Shown here piece after piece: positions 1 through 14,718 of a stretch of DNA of 64,000 nt. Each line of letters starts with the position of its first letter. The stretch's first letter is position 1. Both the position numbers and the translations under genes were made by a program. The notes under the pieces are model-generated. The model ran no database searches. It saw only the letters and a list, made by a program, of their open reading frames with translations, and had not been told where the DNA came from. This stretch comes from Psammoneis japonica (Eukaryota): NCBI GenBank assembly GCA_008632985.1, contig QPGO01000045.1:310001-374000 (forward strand), in the 5' to 3' direction.

Positions 1-224
1 GCGAAAGGCCGATTTTCTGCGCAGTTTGGCGCAATTGGCTCCTTCAATGTTGATCGTTTTGAAAATCGAAAGGCAAGTGTGCACCCGAAAACACATGTGA
101 AGTGTGCACTTGCCCTTGGATTTGGCAAAAAAGGATTTTGAAAAAGTCAATTGCGCTAAATGCACAAATTGCCAAATGATGGGAATCGAACCCTCGCGGA
201 GCACCTGGAGCTGGAACAGGCCAG
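1..224. mobile_element. Right part of a MITE-like element, same family as 9477-9744
   Basis: Aligns by eye to 9516-9744 and ends in the same terminal repeat GAGCACCTGGAGCTGGAACAGGCCAG. Confidence 0.75.
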
Positions 225-684
225 TCTCGGAAGCGTGTCTTCCACAGCAACAAGAGCTCGATGGGGAACAACAGTTGATGAGTCAACAGCCGTTAGTCCT
301 GCAAATTGCACGCCAGCTCAGATGACACTTCATTGTGCAACACGCACCTCAAGAGCAGTGCGAGTCAACAAAGTTGCTGCACCTCATCTCACAGTTCCTG
401 GGTTGAAGACAAGTGCGGGTGACAAAGTGTGCCTTGGAGACTTTCGGCGAGGCTCCTTTTTCCATTGTGCTGCCGCTTTCCATGCTGAAACAACACGTCA
501 AATCCGACGAGATCAGAGACGTCCCTGGCGCCAATCACGATCTGCCTGACAACAGCAACACACAAGGGCTGCGCCGGCACCTGCACCCGCACCACCAGCC
601 AATCTGGAACAAGAAGATGATGAAGCAACTGACAGTGAGGAGTTCGAGTCAACCAATGAAGATGATGATGAAGATGTCAACTGC

Positions 685-2906
685 TTGTCCGAAACACTTG
701 CCACAGCTGACATTGAGTGTGTGAGGCAATGTGAAGCTTCAGCCAGAGGTGCCTGGGCCGGTCAAGCATCCCTGTCACATCCTCACCTTGACGACCCACC
801 TGAGACCGAAGAAATGCAAGACTTGTTCTCAGCCGTGAATGGAGACGGTTTTCACAGCATTGACAGGCCAAGAATGCCAGTCTGGCACATGCCAAAAAAA
901 GCTTTAAAAGTGGTGCTTCGTGAGGCCGAACATGCGCGGAACCCACAGAAGCTGCAAGAAGCAAAGCAGGCGATGATTGAAGATGGATTCACCGAGAACG
1001 ACATTGAACTGGAAATGTGCCATCGAGTGAAATTCTTCCGAGACTGTGTCGACCATTGGAAGCTGCCACTGAGACAGTTGTGTTGGCAAGTCCGTGCTGC
1101 ACATGCGCTGTTGGGCGACAAAAAAGACGGTGAGACAGGACAGCCACTTTTCAACAAGAGGGCATGGAAGAAGGCAAACAGTGTTCTGAAAGCCACACTT
1201 GCCGGGTGCATGCCCGATCCTCCTGGAGTGCAGTCTCACACGCTGCGCCTCAACAGTTCAGGAGAACCATTGAAGAACAAGCACAGGTTTGGTCTGCTGA
1301 ACTGCAGCTGGGGAACAAGTGATGCAGAGTCCATGCACAAACAAATCGTCGCAACTTTCGGGACATGGTGCACCAGTGTTGAAATGTTGGATTTCAATCA
1401 TCGATGCTCAGAATGTTGGTGCCAGGGCTTTCCGAGGATTGGTCATTGTTTTGACACTTGGCTGACAGATCGGCTGCAACTCCTTGTTGAAGACAACCAT
1501 GGCACACCATTGCATCCCGAATGGACCAATTCAAGTGACTGCAAAAGCACGCCAGAGAGCTTTGACACAACTCCATTGCACAGTCAGGAACTGGCAAACG
1601 CTGTTGAAGGCAGACATGCTCCAGCTCCAGGTGGGACCTCGTGCCACTGCACTGTGACATCAACAGTTTTTTGGATCACGTCGCATGTCGCGCACGTGCA
1701 TTTCTGCATGTCAAATTCTACGAAATTGTTTCACACTCCCTGTTTTGCAAAGCCAAAGGCTTTCTATTTTCATCATTTGTGAGAATGAAAATGCACTGGG
1801 TGTGTTCTTCAATGTCTGAAGAACACACCCGGGCAAACTGTCAATGATGTGCTGCAAGCATGAAGGAGGAGATGCATCCGCAAAGTTGCCTCTTTTTCTG
1901 TTGATGATCATTTGCACTCTCATTGCAGCACAAATTTGCTGCGGAGCTCGCACGCAGAATCGAACTCTGGAACAAGAGTGACAAGTTAAAGCCGGGTGAG
2001 GAACATGAAGTGAGATTGACAAGAGACCAGGTGCATCTTGCAGCTGCCATGGGATCAAAGCTGCCATTCTCACCTGTTCGCGGAGTGGACGAGATGAGAC
2101 TTTTCTCCAGGCTTCGTCCAGAGTCTCGTCATGATGCCCACAAGTGTGGCATCAACTGGACCAAGTGCTGCAATGGCGCAACCATCTTTCCAAAGCTCGA
2201 GGTGCACCACAACATGTGTGGCGAGTGGTGGAAACAAAACCAAAGGACCAAGGATGCCATTCAAGGTGCAAGAACTGTTTTCAAAGCTCTTGAAAACTTG
2301 AGCCAAACTGTGCAGCTGGGCGCACACAACAGAGATTCAAGCAATGCTGCAATGGAGCTGCTTGGCAATGACAGTGGTGAGACACCAAATGGCGGTGCCA
2401 GTGCAGTGGAAGGTCCGTCTCAAACTCAACAGGACCCTGCATTTCACAATGCACATTGGCCCACACCCTTGACACCACGCACTCTCGACTTGCCATTGCA
2501 GTGTGTTCATCACAATGACAAAATGCCAACCACAGTTGGTGGGATGCAGATGTGTCCCCTGCACCGTGTGATGCCTGAGATGGAAGAAAATCCAACAACA
2601 GTTGGAAGAAGAGGTGAGCGCAGCAGCAACACCAGGAAACGAAACAGCCATCATTGCATGCACTGCATCCGACACTGGGGAGACAAGGCACTTGAATGTA
2701 GAGGCCGACACCCAAGGCCAGGACAAGAGAAATGTGGGCATTTTAAAAGTGATGGGAGCCCCCAAAACTCTCAGCGTGCGGAGAACAAAAATCAAAGCAA
2801 ACGCACCACAAGCATCCACAGTTTTCCAAATCTCTTGACAGCGGCAAAGAGGTTGACGAGCCGAAGGCAGCACTTTTTTGTCATGCCAGCGGTGGTGGAC
2901 AGCTGA
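685..2906 (+). pseudogene. Decayed putative transposon-associated protein
   Basis: ORFs 685-1782 and 1923-2906 almost lack Tyr. Motifs PLFNKRAWKKANSVL, DPPGV and GTSDAESMH resemble the DPPGV...RGT/SxxEx.H pattern of eukaryotic putative transposase-like proteins. A TIR-like end interrupts it near 1616. The family is uncertain. Confidence 0.4.
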
Positions 2907-4614
2907 ACAAAACACCATTTCATTGCCTTTCGTCTTTGCCATTTTGCCAGTTTTCGATCCCCTGAACGAGGGAGCACCGCTTGCTGGCACAAAGTCATGA
3001 GAACAAAAAAGTGGGATGTGACGGCAGCCAGACAACTCAACCAAATCAAGGAGCGCCATGACACCTGTCAACAAGCTCAAGTCTGGTGCAGAAATGATGT
3101 GACAATGAGTTGACAAGACTGCAGGTGAGCGACACAAGATGAGCAACAATGTCAGCAGCAGAAAAGGTCACGTGCCACTCGGGATGACAGCATCTTTGAC
3201 ATCCACACAACTGCAGACTTGCATGAAATGGGTGGGTTGTGCGCTTCTGAATCTGTTGAGAAAGAACAAAAACAGCAACGAAAGCGGCGAGCAACAGGTG
3301 CTTGAGTGACAGCAAAATTACACAAGGCAGTTGTTGTCCATTTTTGGGTTCAATCTCACCTCTCTTTGGCGACAATGTCTGACACCGCCTGTCGCCGCTG
3401 TCATGGCCTCACGAGGGAGATTCTCAGCTCGCGCTGGATCGCGCTTTTGCACACATTTCCACATGGTCTAAAAAACTTTGTGTGTGTTATCTGAAGGTTT
3501 TTGATGCCAAAACTGACGTTTAACCTTATATTTTAATTTTTATATCATTATAATTTAACAATGGGCCATTATTTTCGTTTATTCATTCATCAGAGCCCAC
3601 ACAAGGCTTTGTGGTTATGAAGCAAAGGGGGAACATTGGAATCCGCGTGACTAGTAGACCCCTTGAAGGTGTGACGCGATTTTTTAAAAATGTTCGGTTC
3701 TGATTGGCTGAGGGGATCTCTGTGACGCAGTTTTTTAATCAGTTCCCCCCCCCCACGTGTTCTCTGGTGCAAATGTACATGCGCAATTCTGGTACAAAAA
3801 ACAGCGTAAACTCGGGTCGAGCTCCACAATCGATCTAAAATCATCTAAAACAATTGCGAGCTCCGCAGCAATGGGCGTTAGGAACGGCATCGGAAACGAG
3901 CCACAAAAGCAGCGCCTTTGTTGCCGCTTGAGCAGCAAATAAAGAACAGAGTCTCTCCTCTTCTGTTTTCTCTTTTTTTCTCTTTTCTCTTTTTCTTTTC
4001 CTTTTCGGTCTAAAATGCGCTCCAGTGGCATGGTCTAAAAACCACATTGCACGAGTTTGTCGTGCAATTCACAATGCCATGGGGTGCGTTCGTTGTGTTA
4101 CGTTGCATTCGAATGTACCCCCAACGTAAGTCAATTTCGTGTCTATTTTTCTTTTCATTCGAGATCTCTTTACTGACGTTGCTTTTCATCTTCATTTTGT
4201 CAACATAAAAACACACCCTATACCCGGTTCGACCACCCGACTTGAAACGATGCGGCAGTCAGTCTTTATTGAAGTACTAAGGTTCAAGTAACAGTGGGTC
4301 CCGCCCCGAGACTTATGTTTTCCGGAACAAAATGTGTACCAGGCATGATTGGTGCTTCAATGCGAAATGACCACTCTGTATTTGCTCAAGACCCGCGGTA
4401 GTCAATGAACCAAACCCTTACTTATTTCGGACGCGGAGAATGAATTGTGGAAGAATGGAAATAGTTAGGTAAGTATTGGCGTCACGGAATGGCTTTGTTT
4501 ATGCTCCAGGAAGGATAGCGGCTCCTCCCTAAGGTATTAAACGAAGGAAAGCAGTCCGTGGCGTCTAGAATAAATGTATAGAAGTTGCTTGTTGAAGTGG
4601 GTTTTCGGTCAAAT

Positions 4615-5766
4615 AGGTCCTTGTCCTTGTACTATCTCGTTATCACCAAAAACTGTTACTACTGCATTGCTTGGGGCTTCATCCGCATACTCTAATGCCT
4701 GGCCTATCCATCATGAGTATTTTGTATTTAGAACAATTCTAGTCCTGACATCGAATTACATCCGTATTACAAGAACAATAGCGGATTGCTTTCGACTTTT
4801 GCTGCCTTACCTAGCTACCGGTAATTGATATTGGCCAACGCGGTAGTCGGTATACTGTGTAGTGCCGGCTGAATGTCTTGGTATTCCCATCTTGTGTCAT
4901 CAGATTGTCTAAGCTAGTGATCGAAAGCGGAAAGAATTTAACATGAATACTAGTTGCGTTTGTCCCATGTTGTTTCCAAGATGACAAGCTCGACAAGTTT
5001 CGGTCAAGCCGAATGTTCAAGGAAGCTTCATCGAGTCGCTGAAATCAACGCTCCTGCATACAAGTACACGTCGCTGCCAATGATATTGAGTTCCGAGCTC
5101 ACTACAGTCACCCAGATTGAGAGAATGGAGCAACTAAGCTGAGAACAATATCTCCGAAACCTTCATTTGGTGGTGCCGTCAAGTAGAGGGTGTTGCGCTA
5201 TTCTCGTCCACAGGCTCTTCGACGTACCTTAAAGTACCTTTCTTCCGCCCAAATCCATAGTAGTTATACACAAGCCAGTCCTCAAGGATGTCAATGCAGC
5301 CGACAAATGCTCCGCTCTTAATCCAAAGAGCACGCTGTGCAATTGCTTTATTGGAGCATGCTGCAAAACAGTCCAAGATGTTTCGCCGGATCGAGTTGGC
5401 GTCTGACACAGAGCAACGAGGGGTGTAGCTGAGAGAACAAAGCATCCAGGGAAGGGATGTCGAAGGTCATTTCGACCTGGATCTCTGTTTAATCTTACCT
5501 GTCGCGTTTGTCGTTCTCATTCTCGCACAGCAATTTACTGCATATGTCAAGAGTAGTAATGTTGATGGACGAATCGTAAGTGTAGCAAATAACACGTGTG
5601 CCGTAGCTTGACACGCGTTGCAGCCAGTGCAGTTTGCGAGCTTGTCCTTGTACAATCTTGTCATCGCCAATAACCATACTATCGCTAGAGGCTTCACCCA
5701 CATAATACCTTGTCCATCCATCATGAGTCTTTTGTATTTAGATCGATTCTAGTCCTGACGTCGAAT
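4615..5766 (-). repeat. Diverged local duplication (4615-4757 vs 5640-5766) within decayed coding-like sequence
   Basis: Both copies share ccatcatgagt.ttttgtatttaga...attctagtcctgac.tcgaat and the upstream cttgtccttgtac. Confidence 0.7.
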
Positions 5767-8700
5767 GAGATCTGTGTCGCAAAAAATAAAGCCGACGGCA
5801 ACCCGAGTTGCTCTGTTGTCGCCTTGCCTTCGCTTGTACCTTCTACTGTACTTGCGTAGCAATTGTTCTGAGTTGATTGCTCCTCTACAAGAAGTTGAAA
5901 ACTATGAAATAAGCCCATTTCAAAATATGGCCGTTTTGTTCAATGCCAAATCGCTGCCGACAACTCGCCGGTCTCGATCACATGTCATTCACGGTTCACG
6001 AAGGAAAAAGCCGATTCATCATTTCCAATTGGTTCACAGTTTCCTTACCTCATCTTTTTTGTTTCTTATGGACACAAGGACTCATTGATTCTGCTGTTTT
6101 GAGTGAATTGTCCTCGAAACTATCCTCACACCCTAGAGTTGCTTCGTACTTGTTCCAAAAGGGCTACAGCTCGACTTCACCGTCACGATACCCGTGTCTT
6201 TGTACCCGTTCAAAACGTTTAGCATGATGCAAGGGACACGCATACATGCGATTACCATTCTTATATGGAACAAAGCCCTTTTTACACGGCGTAAAGTCAA
6301 GTGTACGTTTACCGGGAGAAGCAAATTTCAGAGTGGCTTGCACAATCGCTCGGCCTTGAAGTGTGTAGTGTGTCACTGCCAGCCGATTCTATGTAGTGAC
6401 CACCACCATACAAGTCCCCGTTCTTCGTTGGATATCCACAAATATAACCCCACGGAACTTGTTCAGTACAACTCGATTTGATTTTATATCATTCACTCGG
6501 AAGAATTCCGAAATCAAGAAACTTGCTCTTGTAAGTGTTGCGTGTTGTTGTTATGTTGCTGACTTGATACCTTCTCGCTTAGCTTCTAGTGCTAATAACC
6601 TGGCTGAAGAACGCTTCTTGTTTACGGGTATTACGGGTATTCCTTGGGCACACGTGCCGTGATTTTGTGGTGCCATGACTTGTTGCGGATGTGATGTTGT
6701 CTTGGTTGCAGCCGCTACTTCATCCAGCAAGTGGCTCATGGTCTCACGGTGAATGAATGCGATGGCTGCGCTGGTGCCTGGCTCGCCTGGCCTACCTGGC
6801 GAGAGGTCGTCTGTTTTCCGACCGATGGTGCCGCACACGGCACCATAATCGCCACCGTAGAACAATGCTGAATTTGCCGTAGAGAATCTTTCCGTTGGAA
6901 CAATTTTCGATCGCTAAAACTGCGTCCGACAATGCACCTCCGAGGATGGCGGAGATGTCTTCAGATGGGTACACCCGAAAGCTGTGTCAATGGAAAAGGC
7001 TACGTGCATGTCAGTTGTACAGCTTCTAAGGACCCTGAATGCTGATTCAAGTTTGAAAAGGGCGTGCTGTTTCGCCTGTCAAGGGAGACGAGTTCAGCGG
7101 TCTCGATTCTCGATGGCTTGCACTCGGCATCTTGTGTCTCACCAAGTTGCACTTGCAACAGAGAGAATGACAAGAACAAAACAAGCCATTGCATTGATCT
7201 CTTTTGGGTCACAAGCACATGAGTGTTGCCATGAATTCATCATTGTTTGACTTTGTTCTTTTGTTGTAGTCTGGTGGTTGCTTTCATGATTGCCTCGAGA
7301 AGAAAACGGACGGCACTTTTTCTGAAGAAGATCTTCGTTTATTTCTTGACTCCATGCAGGACAAGTGCTTGACAGATTCAACATCAAACCATCCAAAGTG
7401 GTGCGCGGACAATGACCTGGGAAAGATGTGAAGACAACCTGCCCTCCTGCCATTCAAAATGTGTGTCGGTGGGCCAGCTGGCGCCACTGACGGAGTTGGG
7501 TGTGCTGTCCACAGTTTCAGTTTTGTTGGCATTGTTGGTGGTTTGCACCAGGCAACCAGCATGCTTTGGAGTGACTCCAAAAGTTGCTTGGGCACTCTCT
7601 GGAGAGAGCTGTTCATTGTTGTGCACATGCTGATTGGCTGGGCCACCATCAGCGCGCAGAGAACAGGGCAATCCATTCCATGGCTGTTTGTGTGGTCACA
7701 GCAGAGAAATGTGCAAACTTGCACAGTGTGAGTGTGACACAGTCTCTGAGGAAAGAGCTGAAGAGTGGCTCACATTTTGAGCAAGATCTCCATGACTCTT
7801 TTGGCAGACAATCAGATGAAGAATGGGTTGAAGTCTGCAAATTGGCTCTCCCATGCACTGACGCCATTGTCTTTGAACAGCAGTTGCCACAAGCATGAGA
7901 TGGATGTCTCAAGTGAGGAGTTTAGAGTGGAAGGAACTGAGTGACCAAGAGTTGTGTTGGTCAGTGTCATTCTCTTGTTTGGCTTGGGCTCTGCAGAGTT
8001 GGGCAGGGTTGACGCAATTTGGCTCACCTCCTTGTGTGCTCTTCTCAGTTGTTCATTTGAGGCACCAGTTGTGTTGCAAATTTTGGCGTGCCTCTGACAG
8101 TGGAAGATTGGTTTCCAAAAAGTGAGACCACTTCATTCTGTCATCCTGTGCAGGCCATCAACCTTCAGCCATGCTGCTTGTGCTCAGCTTCCAACCATGC
8201 AATGAGGGGGCGAGTCAGAGAACAACAAGCCACATCAATTTTTTGCAAAACAACAGGACACCATTGGGAGCCATCTTTGCCAATGCTGCACCATCTCTTC
8301 ATTGACAATGTGTTGGAGAGGTTGCCTGGCTGCTGATTTAGCCAGGTGTGCAAGCCGCAGTTTTGTTTTGTTTGCATGTTGGCTTGCACGCCCATGCACT
8401 CAAGTGGCTCCAAGAGTTGTGCCCAAACTGCACTTTTTTGAAGCCATTTGTTGTCATGTGTGCCAACCAGGCCACCATCAGCACAGAATGGGACAATCCT
8501 TTCTGCTGCTTCTGTGCTGACTTGAAGCAAAAATGCACAATCTTGCACAGCAAAGAGTGTGGCACAGCCTCTGGAGATGAGCTGACAAGTGAGCAGCTCA
8601 CATTTTGAGCAGGATCACCATGATTTGGTTGATGGAGACAAGGAAAAACACGTGGGCATTTCAAAACCTGGATTTCCACACTGATGCAGCCAGCTGTTGT

Positions 8701-9476
8701 CTTTGATGAGTGGGTGCAAGTTTGAGTTGAACATTTCCAGCAAGTTTGGATCAAGGGCTGTGTGAAGAACCACACACAGCCAAGAGTTGCGCTGGTGGCA
8801 TGCTGTGTGGCTCAATTTGTGGAGTTCTTGGGCAGGGTTGACTCCAATTTGGAAGCTGTCTTGGAGTCTGCTCACACCCTTGGTGTTGCACATTCTTGGC
8901 AAGAGGCAAGATTGCCTCTTTTTCCATCTTGCACAGGTGGGGGCTGACCTTCAATCAGCATGGTGCAGTGGACACCCAAGATCTTTTGACCTTGCAATGA
9001 GAGGAGGGACAGCGAGAGAACAACACGTTGCTCCAAATGTCCTAAAAAGCAACAGCTTTGGAGCAGCAGCCTGTGGGGAGTCCAAGGGGAGACCAACAAC
9101 TTGGTTGTCAGAGAGAACAATGAGTTGCATGCCAGATGTTTGCAAAAATGGCTGGGACACCAGCACTGGGGCAGCCCCCATCTTTTTACAGGAGCCGCAA
9201 TGATTTTGGAAACTTGGCTGGTGCTGGCTGCCCTGGCTGGCTGCAGCAAGCATGGTGTGTGGTGCTCAAGATTCAACTTGTTGCTGAAGGGTGCTCTCTC
9301 AGCACATGACCCACTCTCAAGTTGGGGCTTGGCCGACATCCCCGCCTCCTTGTGCCGCCACCACACCGCTGCTGTCAAGCATGCACAGACTCTGTGCATT
9401 GGGTTGCATCCTCTGGGAGTTGGGCCTGACGCACCCAGCAGCATTGCAGAGAGGCCCAACCAAAGATTGCCTTCAG

Positions 9477-9744
9477 CTGGCCTGTTCCAGCTCCAGGTGC
9501 TCTGCTTTTCATCACGCGAGAGGCCAATTTTCTGCACAGTTTGGCGCAGTTGACTCCTTCAATTTTGATTGTTTCGAAAATCGAAAGGTGAGTGTGCACC
9601 CGAAAACACATGTGAAGTGCCGCACACTCACCCTTCGATTTGGCAAAAAATGGATTTGGAAAAAGTCAATTGCACTGAATGCACAAATTTTCCAAATGAT
9701 GGAAATCGAACCCGCGCGGAGCACCTGGAGCTGGAACAGGCCAG
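9477..9744. mobile_element. MITE-like element, about 270 bp, with 26-bp terminal inverted repeats
   Basis: CTGGCCTGTTCCAGCTCCAGGTGCTC (9477-9502) and its exact reverse complement (9719-9744). A second copy lies at 1-224. Confidence 0.8.
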
Positions 9745-10797
9745 CTGGCACAGCAGTCTGGCACACACACAGGAGCAACAGCATGCCCACCATGCTTGGC
9801 TTTTGAGCCACACAACATGACATGATGGCAAGAGCCAACCATGCCATTGTCTCCAATGCTTTGCTGTGCTTGTCTTGATCACTGTCCTCTGCGCCATTGC
9901 AATCTTGCTGGTGCTGTGCATCCATTCTTTCATGCTGCACTTTGCATTTTGCACAGCTGTTGGTGGCTCGTTTTGCTGCATGGCATCCTTGCCATCAGCA
10001 AATTTTCAGCTCTTGCATCAGCTTCAGCAATTTCGCCAATCTTTTGCTCACATTTCATTGCTCTCCTTGCATCCCTTGTCCCCGCCACAACAGAGCCACA
10101 GCAGCTCTTCTTTTGGTGGACAAACACGAAAGTCATTGTCCTTCTGAGAGCTTGTTGTGTTTTTTTTTGCATCATTTCTTTTTTTCAGCAGCAAGTGGCT
10201 GTGCCTGTTCTCTCCCATTTCATGTGCACAGATGACACTTCAGTGTCACGCTCATTTTGATCACAGAGATTGTGCCTTGCAACAGTTTGCCGCTTCCCTT
10301 TTGGTCTTTTCTTTTCAACATTGTGATGCTTGCAATGCTGGAGGTTTGGCTGCTGTGCATTGACACTGGCCTCTTGGCAATGCAGGAACTGATCTTTGCA
10401 GTGACTGCAATGTTGCTGCTTTCATTGGCAAGTTCAAAAGATTGCATGTCCTTGTCACTGCTGATGCAAATTTTGTTAAACATGGTTCACTGGCCTCAAG
10501 CAATCATCAACATCCTCACTCAGCACAGCTTCTTTGCCTTTGAATGACAAAGTGATGGGCAAGCCCTGAGTCATTGTGCTGCATGTCTTCTCTGAGCAGT
10601 CAAAAAACATTGCACCTGTCACGGGGAGATTTTTGGGGAGTGCTTTGCATGTGTTTGTGCCTCTTGCAACTCATTTGACCAGGGCTGCTGTTTCTGCATC
10701 TGGAACCCAATCCCACCACCCGGCAAGGCAGCCACTTGGTCAATCCACCAAAATCTGTGTGCAGCCATTCTTTCAGAATCACAGGGGCCAACGAGCA

Positions 10798-10912
10798 ATG
10801 ACAGCATTCCAATGGAGGCAAGACCATCATTTCCAGCCCTTCTTGATCCTGTTGATGACAGCATTCCAATGGAAGCAAGAGCCATCATTTCCAGCCCTTC
10901 TTGATCCTGTTG
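10798..10912. repeat. About 58-bp tandem duplication
   Basis: atgacagcattccaatgga.gcaaga..catcatttccagcccttcttgatcctgttg occurs twice. Confidence 0.85.
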
Positions 10913-13900
10913 GTGTCTGGTGCCCATTGGGAAAAGCACTCGGCTCGTCTTGGTCCATGGGTCTCTTCATGAAAACCCCATGACATGAGCTGTGCTGCTG
11001 CCTTCTCAGCAAATGCACCACCAATGTTGGCTGCCTTTTTCAGCAAAATGTGAGCATGCCCAGTTGGCCAACTGGGAAGAGAGAAGAACTTTTGTGTTGG
11101 GAAGCTTCTTGTAGAATTGTGGAGGGGCTCAGTGTGGGTCATCCCAGGACTTGCAATCATGTCTTTGGTGAGTGCACTCTGAGCCACCACTTCCCACAAA
11201 GAGGCAAGCATGCAGCGTTTGTGTGCTTTGGCACTGACCTTTCTTCTTGTTTGAAGACAACAACGCGGTTGTGCTTGAACTGCAATCGCACCCTGGATGC
11301 TGTGTTGCACCCTTGACAAAGAATCCAAAGGATGCTGGCTTCATGATGATGCTGAGTCAAGACAATCACGTTGAATCAGGCATTTCTTCCAGTGCAAAGG
11401 AAGCCGTGCGAGTTTTGCCACATCCCGCCACAGAAATGGATGCCATGGAGCATCTTGCTGATTTCATTGGACTGCCAAATCCAGGGCGTTGCTGCATGCT
11501 GGAAACGAGCAATTGCACGGTTCTTTTTGCAGGGGCTGATGTTTTCTCAGGAGCGCCGGTGATCAGGTGATGCTGGCAAAAAAGTCTGGGTCAATTGGGT
11601 GGAGCAAGATCTGCTCACTGCAGACTTTGGCGTTGATGAACACTGCCAGTTTGCTGTGAACGAGGATGGCAGTTTGTCCCCAGTCACGCAACCTGATTTG
11701 GCCATTGGCGTTGCTGCTCTTCCATCTGCACATTTGGTCCCACGCGACAGTTCAAACTGACTGCTTTTCACCCGTGCCCCAGGATTGGATGCTGAAGTCC
11801 CACCCAGGCCTTGCCATGGTTGCCACGAGGCGCTGCACTTCATCGAAAATTCTGCCACTCCAAAGCACAGGGACAGGCCATGTCACTCACCATGAAATGC
11901 TTGCTCTCCACCCACTCGACAATCGCCATCACAATGAGGATTTGCTCATGAACAGACCAACTCTGCAGGAAGATGGCTCAGTGGTTTTGGTGGGGATGGA
12001 TTTGCTCCCAGAGAAAGGGGTTCCTTCAATGTTGTTGGGGTGCAACAAGGAAGCACTCAGATCAAATGCAGTTTTGGATGCATTGTGAGAAGCAACTTCT
12101 GCCAGCAAGAACGTGACCTGGATCATCAATGAAGAAGATGGGAGCATGTCTCTGCTGAATGCTCCATGGCTTGCTCCAGGCTGCGAACAGCTGGCGGGTG
12201 TCAGTCAAACCAATTCACTCATCAGCAAAGAAATGCAAGAACTGGCTTCGGTGCATGCTTGTCAGATCTTCGCTGATGAGGCCGTTGAGGATGATGATGC
12301 AATGTCTCTTGAGGGTCATCGAATTTTGCATGTGGTCATTGTCACTTTGTTTGCACATGGCTTTGGCCTGTGCATTGCCTTTGTTTGTGGATTGCTGGCA
12401 CACTGATTTTACTCAAGAGCACCCCATGGAAACTGTGCTTGGCGGGTCTTGCTGGTTTGTGCTTTGGGAGCTCCACCACATTGCTTTGTCTGTTCTTGTT
12501 GGCTGCCCAAGCATTTTTGGTGGTGCTTTGCAAGTGATGGACTCCAATGAGCAAACAACAATTCGGGCCTTGACAACAGTTTTGCAACTCAATCGATTGC
12601 AAAAGCTCTAGAAAGAGATGAGACTGGTGCCATTTCACAGGAGACTAAGTCTTGCCGGGACAATGTTGCTGTCACCAATGCTTTGACATTGCAAACCCAC
12701 AAGCTGCACCAGCAGAGCTGGCAACGAAGTGTCTTCTCTGCCCTCCTTGCTGCGCTGTGCATTGTTGCATCATCTCGCTGGCTGCAAAGAGCACGGCAGC
12801 CATTTTGAATTTCGTCCTCGTCGTCTTTTTTGTGCAGCGCAAGCTCCTGCACTCCATGTGTTGTGAAATTCGACATGGCTGCAATTGCGAGACATGGATT
12901 CTTCATCGCGTCCGCAACAAAGAGAAGGCGTTGATGCCAAAACTGCCGCATTTGATGGCACCTTCGTCAGGCTCTTGCCGGACACAAGAGCTTCTGCAAC
13001 TCTTCTGCTGCGCGGATTTTTGATTTGACGTGGGGTCAAGCACAGCAGAACCCAGCAAGGTGCTCCAGTGTTGGGCCAGACACTGGAAGTCAAGGCCATG
13101 CTGAATGAAGGCATGATGCGGCAAGCATTCTCTTGCAAGGACAGAGTTGGATCAGTTCATCAGATCACAGCCCACACCAGCAGTCACCAGATTCTTGGGC
13201 TGCCAGTTGGTGGCACATTGCATTGGAAGAACCCGCATTGTGATCACTTGATGGATGGAAGCAAGAACACTTCATTTGGGACAATGGTCAAGTGCAAAGA
13301 AATCCTCAGCCTGCCACTCCATTGTGTGCGCCATTGCAGCTAGTTGCCACTGCACCCATCTGATCTTGAGTGCAAGATTTTGCGAACATCGCTGTGTGAC
13401 AGTCGTGCTGGTGATTCATTGTTGACAGCCATGCTTTTTTTCTTTTTCTAGATTCAATGAGATGGCATCAAAACCGGTTGCCTGACCCAAAATTCTGGAG
13501 TGACTGTCTGAAGACACAGATGGAGGAGAAAGCAGAAATCAACGGTGGCTTGTTTTTGTTTCTCTGGGGCCCTTGCTGATTCACCACACACATCAGATGG
13601 AGAACAAGACAGGACAAAAGAAAGTGAGTCAAGAACATCACAGAGATGGCAAGAATGATCGGGTTGCCCAAAACTTGTTCAAGGAGAGTTTGTCAAGAGA
13701 AACTGCCTTTCAATTTTTGTGCAACCTGCCAGAACAAAGCCGTCAACAGAGAGGGGGCTCTTGGAGGAGAATGACGCAGGTGGAACAGCAATCCCTCCCA
13801 ATGTGCGCATTTGGAGTCTGTTGTGCTGCATCAAAAAGACCTCATTGAGGTCAAATGCTGAGCTCAATGGGCATTTGGGTGCACCGCAACGCCACAGCCA

Positions 13901-14170
13901 GGGCATGCAAAGCATGGCAAGAAGCACTTTCAGTCGCTGGAGCAGTCAGCAAAAATGTTGAGTTGCCTTTCTTGTCTCCGACGGAGTCAATCATGACGAT
14001 CATAAAAGAGCTGGAAAAAGTTTCATCTGCTGTTCGTTTTGAGCACCACTTTCCGCAAGAAGAAGACTGGAGAGCAGGCCAACAGAACCGCACCTTGGCA
14101 ATTGTGTGTCTGCGATGAGATGATGAGATTTCATCAAGCACATGCGTTCGTGCACAACTTTGGCACAACG

Positions 14171-14718
14171 TGTTCCAGTCCCAGGTGACGCACAAAACGA
14201 CAATCGGATTTTGAATGCAACTCATGTGTCTTTTAGTGCATGTGGCATTTTAATGTAAAATGCTTGGACGGATTGACTTTTGAAGGCTTCTAGAGTGTGA
14301 ACATTCAAACAGTTTTTTGTGGGGCACTCAAATCCTCATGGGACATGCATCACAAACTTCCTCAGCAGACTCAATGCTGATTGTGCGTCAGCAGATTTAT
14401 GCTGAGATTTTTTTGCAGGTGGAAAACCTGCCAAGCAGCATCGCAGAAAGATGCACTCAGGTGACATCCAAATGACGGCAACATTTTCGCCGAAAATCAT
14501 CCGCCGTGTTGCGAATCTTTCAACGCAATGAAAAACACAGACAGCGCAACAACAATGATGTTGCAACACTTGCACGAGTCTTGTCAGTGTTGCAAAACAT
14601 TTGTGCTTGTGTGAATCCATGCTTTTGGTGGTGAAAGTTTGATCGCAAGTTGGGGACCGCGCAAAAATCGCGCAAATGTCGTTTTTGTGCACGGTTTGGT
14701 TCACGTGCGGCTGGAACA
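14171..14718. mobile_element. Probable non-autonomous TIR element with TGTTCCAG ends
   Basis: Left end TGTTCCAGTCCCAGGTGA, right end TCACGTGCGGCTGGAACA. The left ~50 bp recurs at 60912-60960. Confidence 0.55.

Larger units (their letters stand above)
1..3460. other. TpA-depleted hypermutated domain 1
   Basis: TA is nearly absent and CA/TG abundant. The few remaining TAs are mostly in YTAR or TCTAC/GTAGA contexts. Normal TA-rich sequence resumes near 3470-3550. Confidence 0.9.

Noticed and set aside
5760..7000. Coding-like minus-strand fragments
   Set aside because: The frames are short and interrupted, and I could not assign a family.
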